Shown here: positions 26,697 to 32,000 of the stretch, in pieces
Layout of the letters: each line of letters begins with the position of its first letter
Position numbering within the stretch: the stretch's first letter is position 1
Assembly: GCA_030606485.1 (NCBI GenBank)
Contig: JAUWGH010000004.1
Span: 60,001 to 92,000, forward strand
Length of the DNA: 32,000 nt
Source of the DNA: Promethearchaeota archaeon
GTDB lineage: Archaea; Asgardarchaeota; Lokiarchaeia; Sigyniarchaeales; SOKP01
Direction of reading: 5' to 3'
Program-made: the position numbers and the translations under genes
The notes under the pieces: model-generated
Databases searched by the model: none
Seen by the model: only the letters and a program-made list of their open reading frames with translations
Told to the model about the DNA's origin: nothing

Positions 26697-28052
26697 TTAG
26701 ATTTCATTCCTCTTTTTCTTTCTTTTTCGTCTATATACTATAAAAACAGATATACACATAACTATTCCTACAATTGAAAGAACAAGTAATATATATCGTA
26801 TTGGAACATAAACTCCTGAAATATTGTTATTTATTAATAACACATCTGTATCACTCTGAACATCAAAGATAATGAAATTGTTAATAAAATCATTTTTTCT
26901 TATTGTAATGTTTTTAGTGGAATTCGGAATATATTCCGTCTCAAAAAAACAATGCCAATTATCGGCTAAAATACCTGTTTCATGACCAATTAGGGTATTA
27001 TTTTCTATTAATACATTCGAAGTAGAATGTATGGCAACTCCAATTATATTATTTGCAATATAATTATTATAAATATGAATTTGGTTGTTAAAATTATAAT
27101 CCAGCCAAAAAGCACACCCAGTACCAAAATATTTACCGTCATAATTATAGGTATCATAGATAATATTATCATATGCAACTAAACTAGAATTGTCTCTAAT
27201 ATTAATTGCATTATCTTCATTTCTAAAAAATGTGTTGTTAGAAATAGTAACATTAGAGTGATCTGCTTCAATTCCGTTAAATTCGTTATCGTGAATAGTG
27301 TTATTATAGATTTTTACCTCTGTATAAAAGAGATCTATACCATTTGAATCATCACTTCCAAAAATATCATTATTATAAATTTGAGCACTTGTGGAATAAA
27401 TTAAATTTCCTTCCATATCAAGATCGCTTTCGACATTTATTTGTTCGAAGAAGTTATTTCTGATAATGTTATTATGCACACTTACATTATTCGCCTTTAT
27501 ATTCAAGCCATTTCTGTTTGAATTTTGTATTATACTATCTCTCACAATAAAATTATCCGCTCCGATAAATACGCCCTCACTACCTTCGCAATCTTCTCCT
27601 TCAGGGCACCCTGTTTCTTGCATCTCACGATGATGAATTCTAGGACCACTCAATTCCTCGATGGTTGAATTTTGAATAAGACCTCTGCTCCCTTTAAGAT
27701 ACCAAAAATTATATTCGTAATTGTTATTCCAAGCTGTTATTTTACTGTTATAGATATATAATCCGCAATTATCTTCCACGCGAATTAAAAACTCACCATC
27801 ATAACTTGAGTTTATATATAAAATAACGTTAATGAGTGTTAAATTACCTCCCTCTCTGACCGTTAAATTCCCATTTAAGACAATTACTTGATTTGAAGTG
27901 AAATTATTTTGAGTAATTTCCCAATTTTCATAAATCACAGATTGATTTCCTAATACGCGTTTAGTAGAAAAATCTAAAATTGGGTTAAAAAACATTGAAA
28001 ATAAAAATAAAATAATAATTGAAATTACAATTTTTCGAATGGATTTTGTCAT
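26697..28052 (-). CDS. Secreted, C-terminally anchored right-handed beta-helix (NosD/pectin-lyase-like) protein
   Basis: N-terminal basic plus hydrophobic signal; repeated IxNNxIxxNxxxGI units; C-terminal TM followed by RRKRKKKR. Confidence 0.85.
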   Translation of the reverse strand: MTKSIRKIVISIIILFLFSMFFNPILDFSTKRVLGNQSVIYENWEITQNNFTSNQVIVLNGNLTVREGGNLTLINVILYINSSYDGEFLIRVEDNCGLYIYNSKITAWNNNYEYNFWYLKGSRGLIQNSTIEELSGPRIHHREMQETGCPEGEDCEGSEGVFIGADNFIVRDSIIQNSNRNGLNIKANNVSVHNNIIRNNFFEQINVESDLDMEGNLIYSTSAQIYNNDIFGSDDSNGIDLFYTEVKIYNNTIHDNEFNGIEADHSNVTISNNTFFRNEDNAINIRDNSSLVAYDNIIYDTYNYDGKYFGTGCAFWLDYNFNNQIHIYNNYIANNIIGVAIHSTSNVLIENNTLIGHETGILADNWHCFFETEYIPNSTKNITIRKNDFINNFIIFDVQSDTDVLLINNNISGVYVPIRYILLVLSIVGIVMCISVFIVYRRKRKKKRNEI

Positions 28053-28110
28053 ACTAAAAAAAATTTGTTATTATGTTAAAATAATGGATCTCTATAAATT
28101 TAAAATTATT

Positions 28111-29052
28111 TTAAATTCTTCTTGACATTGGCCAGAAAATTTGAAAAATTCTCGCTTTCGCGGATTTTAAATAAAAATATTTAGTTCTACATGCTACCCA
28201 CTTTATTATACATTTATCTATACCCATCTGCTTTATATCCCATAAGCACCATTTTAACAACAACCCTCCAATACCTTTTCCCCGTAAATTTCTTAATACA
28301 CCTGTAGGACCAAAACTCCCTGGATGTTGAGCACTATGGGTTGCAAATCCAACAAGTTTGTAATTATTGATATCTCGCACAATAAATGTCGTTGAAGGAT
28401 CATTCTCAAACGAAATAAGAGTCTCTTCTGGCCATGTGCCTTTACCAAAATGTTTTTTAATAAAAGCTACAGTCTCTTCTTTATCTTTTTGTAATGCTCG
28501 TGATATTTTATATCCATTTATTTCTTTCAAGGGTTCTTCTTTTGGAAAATCACGTTTATCAACTTCTAAATCGGTTCGAAATCGTTCAAAGAAATTTTTT
28601 TTAAAACCCAATTTTCTCAAAAAAAAGTATGCTTCAGTATGTCTTGGGTCGAGACCAGGCAACCAATAACGAGGATTTGAGTCCATAATAGAAACTTTCA
28701 TTCTCCAAACTGAATTTTTTTGTTGTTTTGCCCTCTTAAGAAGCTCGTTCATCATTTTAGTTCCTATTCCTTGATATCTACAATTCTTTTCTACAATGAA
28801 CATCTTAATAATTAATTTATTTCGAGATTTTAGGAGAATACTTCTTCTAAACACGGCAAAAAAAAAAGCTATTGGATTATCTTCTTCATCAACTGCAACT
28901 ATACTTAATTCGGGATTATAATCTTCGTCCATTAGCGTTGCACGCTTAAAAGTATCAAATGAAAAGGAATAAAATAATACATTTTCCTCACACATTTCAA
29001 AAACAGATCTTAAATTGCTTTCAGTGAGAGGAACGATGTTTAATTCTTCCAA
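28111..29052 (-). CDS. Tandem-GNAT N-acetyltransferase
   Basis: Two acetyl-CoA motifs, CRYQGIG and FGPTGV…LRGKGIG; PRYWLPGLDPR. TTG start. Confidence 0.85.
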   Translation of the reverse strand: MEELNIVPLTESNLRSVFEMCEENVLFYSFSFDTFKRATLMDEDYNPELSIVAVDEEDNPIAFFFAVFRRSILLKSRNKLIIKMFIVEKNCRYQGIGTKMMNELLKRAKQQKNSVWRMKVSIMDSNPRYWLPGLDPRHTEAYFFLRKLGFKKNFFERFRTDLEVDKRDFPKEEPLKEINGYKISRALQKDKEETVAFIKKHFGKGTWPEETLISFENDPSTTFIVRDINNYKLVGFATHSAQHPGSFGPTGVLRNLRGKGIGGLLLKWCLWDIKQMGIDKCIIKWVACRTKYFYLKSAKARIFQIFWPMSRRI

Positions 29053-29153
29053 ATGCTTCCAACAATTAGATTTATAATTCTATATAGTTAAATTTGCATT
29101 AATATTAATAAATTTAATTAAAATAAAGGCTAACTCTTATATTAAATATCTAA

Positions 29154-30047
29154 TTAATGGTTTCTGATAAAATCGCGAATTGTTCTATACCCGATTATTT
29201 TTATATCGTGCTTCTTAACACACTCCTTGATACGTGGATCGGTAAATGCTTCATAATCTTGATTTCGCCAACTTGCTGAATCTGGTGTTATAGCTCTTAA
29301 TTCTGGACTCATTTTTGCTGGATGAAATAAAAAGTGTGTCAAACCGAGTTTTATTTCTGCAAAAAGTTTACAATAATACTCAACCTTATCTGGTTGCTCC
29401 CCCCCTGTATCAATAATCATGTGATCTATTAGAAAAACACCACTTGCCTCTAGCTTTGAGAACATATTTAGAATAACATCAGCTTGATCTCCTAGTCCCC
29501 TAGCGATTAATTCTTCTCTAGTTATTCTTGGTAAAAATGCAGGAACATTGAATTCTCGAGCTACCTTTAGGTAAGACGGAATAAATTTGGGATTTAAAAC
29601 AGTTCCCATATGTGAATCTATGTGCGTAATATCTATTCCATTGTCTAAAGCTAATTGAATTTGTGAACGCATTTCAATTTCTGCTGCCTTAACAGTTACA
29701 CTAGCAATCGCCTCCTCCTCCGTACGCCAGAGACATTTTTCTGAATCCAATAATCCTGTCTTTGGATCAACACTACTCAATGCACGCCAGCGATACGGAT
29801 AATATTCACATGTGAGAGTTAAATGAACACCTAGATCATATTTAGGATTATTCCTATAAATTGATGCTACTTTAAAAAACCAAGGGGCAGGGACAAGAAT
29901 AGAGCCACAGCTAGCTATCCCAAAATCTAAACATTCAAAAGACGCTACATTTGAAGCATTAGAAAAACCAATATCATCAATATGGAATATAACAACTTTA
30001 TCAGAGGCTCTAAAACCAAGTTTTTCAATAAGTGTTAAATCCTTCAT
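29154..30047 (-). CDS. ChbG/YdjC/HpnK-family carbohydrate deacetylase
   Basis: HIDDIG, GVHLTLTCE, THIDSHMG, FHP motifs. Confidence 0.88.
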   Translation of the reverse strand: MKDLTLIEKLGFRASDKVVIFHIDDIGFSNASNVASFECLDFGIASCGSILVPAPWFFKVASIYRNNPKYDLGVHLTLTCEYYPYRWRALSSVDPKTGLLDSEKCLWRTEEEAIASVTVKAAEIEMRSQIQLALDNGIDITHIDSHMGTVLNPKFIPSYLKVAREFNVPAFLPRITREELIARGLGDQADVILNMFSKLEASGVFLIDHMIIDTGGEQPDKVEYYCKLFAEIKLGLTHFLFHPAKMSPELRAITPDSASWRNQDYEAFTDPRIKECVKKHDIKIIGYRTIRDFIRNH

Positions 30048-30112
30048 ATTTTAATCTCGCATTTCCTATCAAATAATTTATTAAAAATAGTAGGTCCATC
30101 TGCAATTTGATA

Positions 30113-30763
30113 TTATAATTTAATATCTACAGTTATTTTGGCTAATTGTTTTATTCTTCTTACTCCTTCAACTGCATCATCAGCGAAATCATCAGCACCC
30201 AGTTTTTTGGCAAGTTCCATATTTAATGGCGCTCCTCCAACGATAATTTTAACTTTATCTCTTAAACCAGCTTTTTCAAGTGCTTCATGAACATTTTTAA
30301 TTTCCTCAACTGTCATCGTCAATAAAGTACTAAGACCGATAATTTTTGCCTTAGTTTTTTTTACTGCCTCAACTACTTTCTCTGCAGGAATATCCATGCC
30401 AATATCTATCACTTCGAAATCAGCACTTAAGAGTAAAGATGATAGAATATTTTTTCCTATATCATGATTGTCTCCACGAACAGTAGCCAGAATAATCTTG
30501 ACTTTTTCTTTCCCCCCACCTTCGGCTTGTAATTTTGGTTTAAGGATTTTAAACGCTTCTTTCATTGTCTCACCCGCAAGAACTAATTCAGTAAGATAAT
30601 ATTCCTTTTTTTCATATAATTCTCCAACTTTATCCATGCCTTTGGTTAATGCATCTAAAATACTCATTGCGGTTTTCCCCTCACTCAATGATTCTTTTAC
30701 AGCGTCTGCAATGTCGTCAACCTCAAGCTCAATAATTAATTCGGTTAATTTTTCAAATTCCAT
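30113..30763 (-). CDS. Corrinoid (cobalamin-binding) methyltransferase protein
   Basis: Cap domain (GMDKVGELYE…LTELVLAGETM), DNHDIGKN (DxHxxG), LSTL, IIVGGAP, ADDAVEG. The likely start is ATG 30763 (the ORF track starts at 30775). Confidence 0.92.
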   Translation of the reverse strand: MEFEKLTELIIELEVDDIADAVKESLSEGKTAMSILDALTKGMDKVGELYEKKEYYLTELVLAGETMKEAFKILKPKLQAEGGGKEKVKIILATVRGDNHDIGKNILSSLLLSADFEVIDIGMDIPAEKVVEAVKKTKAKIIGLSTLLTMTVEEIKNVHEALEKAGLRDKVKIIVGGAPLNMELAKKLGADDFADDAVEGVRRIKQLAKITVDIKL

Positions 30764-30939
30764 TTTATTCAACACTTAATTCATTATTTACTACAAAAAG
30801 ATATTATTTATTTATTATTTTAAATTCTAAAAAAGCTTTTCTGAAGTAGTATTAATAAAAGTTAACTGAATGATTTCGCTTGAAAATTTTAAAAAATATT
30901 TAATAAATTTTTAATTCTGTTTTTCTTTTCTTAAGAAAT

Positions 30940-31707
30940 ATGGAAAAAAACAATAATTTCATAAATTCTGAAGTATCGATTGAAACTAAAATAAATCCAA
31001 TAATTATTTTAAAAAATGTTCTAAAGGAGTATGTAATCGGAGATTGGATTGTTAGAGCTGTAGATCATGTAAATCTATCGATTTTTGAATCAGAATTTGT
31101 CACAATTGTAGGCCCTTCAGGAGCGGGTAAAACAAGCCTATTAAATTTAATTGGGGGATTAGATTCAGTAGATGAGGGGGAAATTTATAATTCGGGGATA
31201 AAAATTACTGATATGTCTGAAGAATCCTTAGCACTTTTCAGAATTTTTAATATTGGATTTATCTTTCAGAATTATAATCTCATATCAACTCTAACTGCTG
31301 AGGAAAATGTTATTTTTCCCATGATGTTGGCTGGAATGACCTTAGAAGAAAGAAGGGACAGAGCCTCTAAATTATTGGAAGAGATGAGGCTAGAAGAGAG
31401 AAAAGAACATTTACCATTCCAGTTAAGTGCAGGGGAACAACAAAGGGTTGCAATTGCCCGGGCATTGGGTAATGATCCTCCAATAATCATTGCAGATGAA
31501 CCAACAGCTAATTTAGATATGGAGACTGCAGAATTTATTGCAAAATTATTTAAAAAACTAAAAGAAAGCAAAAAAACTTTAATAGTTGCAACTCATGACA
31601 AGGCTTTAATTAATCATGCAGATAGAATAATAACTTATAAAGACTCGAAAATAATCAAGCAAGATATTATACATGATATTTTAAAAGATAATAAAAACTT
31701 TAAATAA
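30940..31707 (+). CDS. ABC transporter ATP-binding protein (LolD/MacB-like)
   Basis: Walker A GPSGAGKT, Q-loop FQNYNL, signature LSAGEQQRVAIARAL, Walker B ADEPT, H-loop ATHD. Confidence 0.95.
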   Translation: MEKNNNFINSEVSIETKINPIIILKNVLKEYVIGDWIVRAVDHVNLSIFESEFVTIVGPSGAGKTSLLNLIGGLDSVDEGEIYNSGIKITDMSEESLALFRIFNIGFIFQNYNLISTLTAEENVIFPMMLAGMTLEERRDRASKLLEEMRLEERKEHLPFQLSAGEQQRVAIARALGNDPPIIIADEPTANLDMETAEFIAKLFKKLKESKKTLIVATHDKALINHADRIITYKDSKIIKQDIIHDILKDNKNFK

Positions 31708-31727
31708 GCAAAATAGAGGGATATTAA

Positions 31728-32000
31728 ATTTCATTAGATTTTGCGATAAAGGATTTAATAAGAAAAAAAGAAACTACTATCCCAAATTTAGTCATAGTTA
31801 TTTCAGTTTCAGCATTAGTAGTTTATTTCATATATTTTTGGAATTCTTTAGGAGTTAATATATTCTATGAAAATAGGTATTTATTCACAGCAAGCATCCG
31901 TGAAATTTACTATGAATTTAATGTTTTTATTTTAATTTTAGTGTTTATCATAGCCGGCACAGTTATAGTTATTATAATCTCGTCTTTATTTGTGTATAAA
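31728..32000 (+). CDS. FtsX/MacB-type ABC permease, 5' part truncated by the window end, probable ATT start
   Basis: Open frame ISLDFAIKDLIRKKETTIPNLVIVISVSALVVYFIYFW…ILVFIIAGTVIVIIISSLF; in-frame TAA immediately upstream; AGAGGGA 6 nt before ATT; follows the ABC ATPase. Confidence 0.75.
   Translation, partial: MSLDFAIKDLIRKKETTIPNLVIVISVSALVVYFIYFWNSLGVNIFYENRYLFTASIREIYYEFNVFILILVFIIAGTVIVIIISSLFVYK

Noticed and set aside
139-31571. Short antisense or overlapping ORFs in the track (e.g. 139..366, 864..1124, 5338..5544, 5795..6025, 6373..6606, 8058..8264, 9572..9943, 13204..13473, 20496..20900, 28367..28669, 31272..31571)
   Set aside because: They lie within or opposite well-supported genes and carry no recognisable motifs; typical shadow frames.
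1-32000. tRNA, rRNA, CRISPR arrays, transposases and integrases
   Set aside because: No GC-rich structured intergenic segment, no regularly spaced repeats, and no DDE or tyrosine/serine recombinase motifs were seen.

Overview
AT-rich (about 30% GC by eye) archaeal chromosome segment. The archaeal-type AlaRS, DTD2-type D-aminoacyl-tRNA deacylase, FtsZ1-like protein, Prx6-type peroxiredoxin and T-rich gene ends, mixed with bacterial-like catabolic genes, fit an anaerobic Asgard (Lokiarchaeia-like) genome; this assignment is inference. Order of contents: acetyl-CoA synthetase; a 5.7-kb redox/oxidative-stress island (peroxiredoxin, superoxide reductase, rubrerythrin, ochre-interrupted Hsp20, a 51-aa orphan, ferritin, ferredoxin:thioredoxin reductase catalytic subunit, glutaredoxin, ferredoxin, two tail-to-tail Cys-tailed Lrp paralogues); EamA; a stand-alone divergent ftsZ; HAD; an unannotated Cys-rich microprotein; an MBL hydrolase; alaS; a 1.1-kb insert; ftcD plus hutUHI; GNAT; Nudix; a wHTH hypothetical; a glucuronokinase-like GHMP kinase coupled to dtdA; a beta-helix surface protein; a tandem GNAT; a ChbG deacetylase; a corrinoid protein; an ABC ATPase and the start of its permease. 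Most notable: (1) an unannotated decayed second allele of alaS codons 77-153 plus a 38-39 bp direct repeat bracketing a membrane-protein cargo gene, consistent with a gene-restoring integration; (2) the paired Cys-bearing Lrp regulators closing the redox island; (3) two genes that appear to start at ATT behind the same AGAGGGA ribosome-binding-like motif. No tRNA, rRNA, CRISPR array or transposase was seen.
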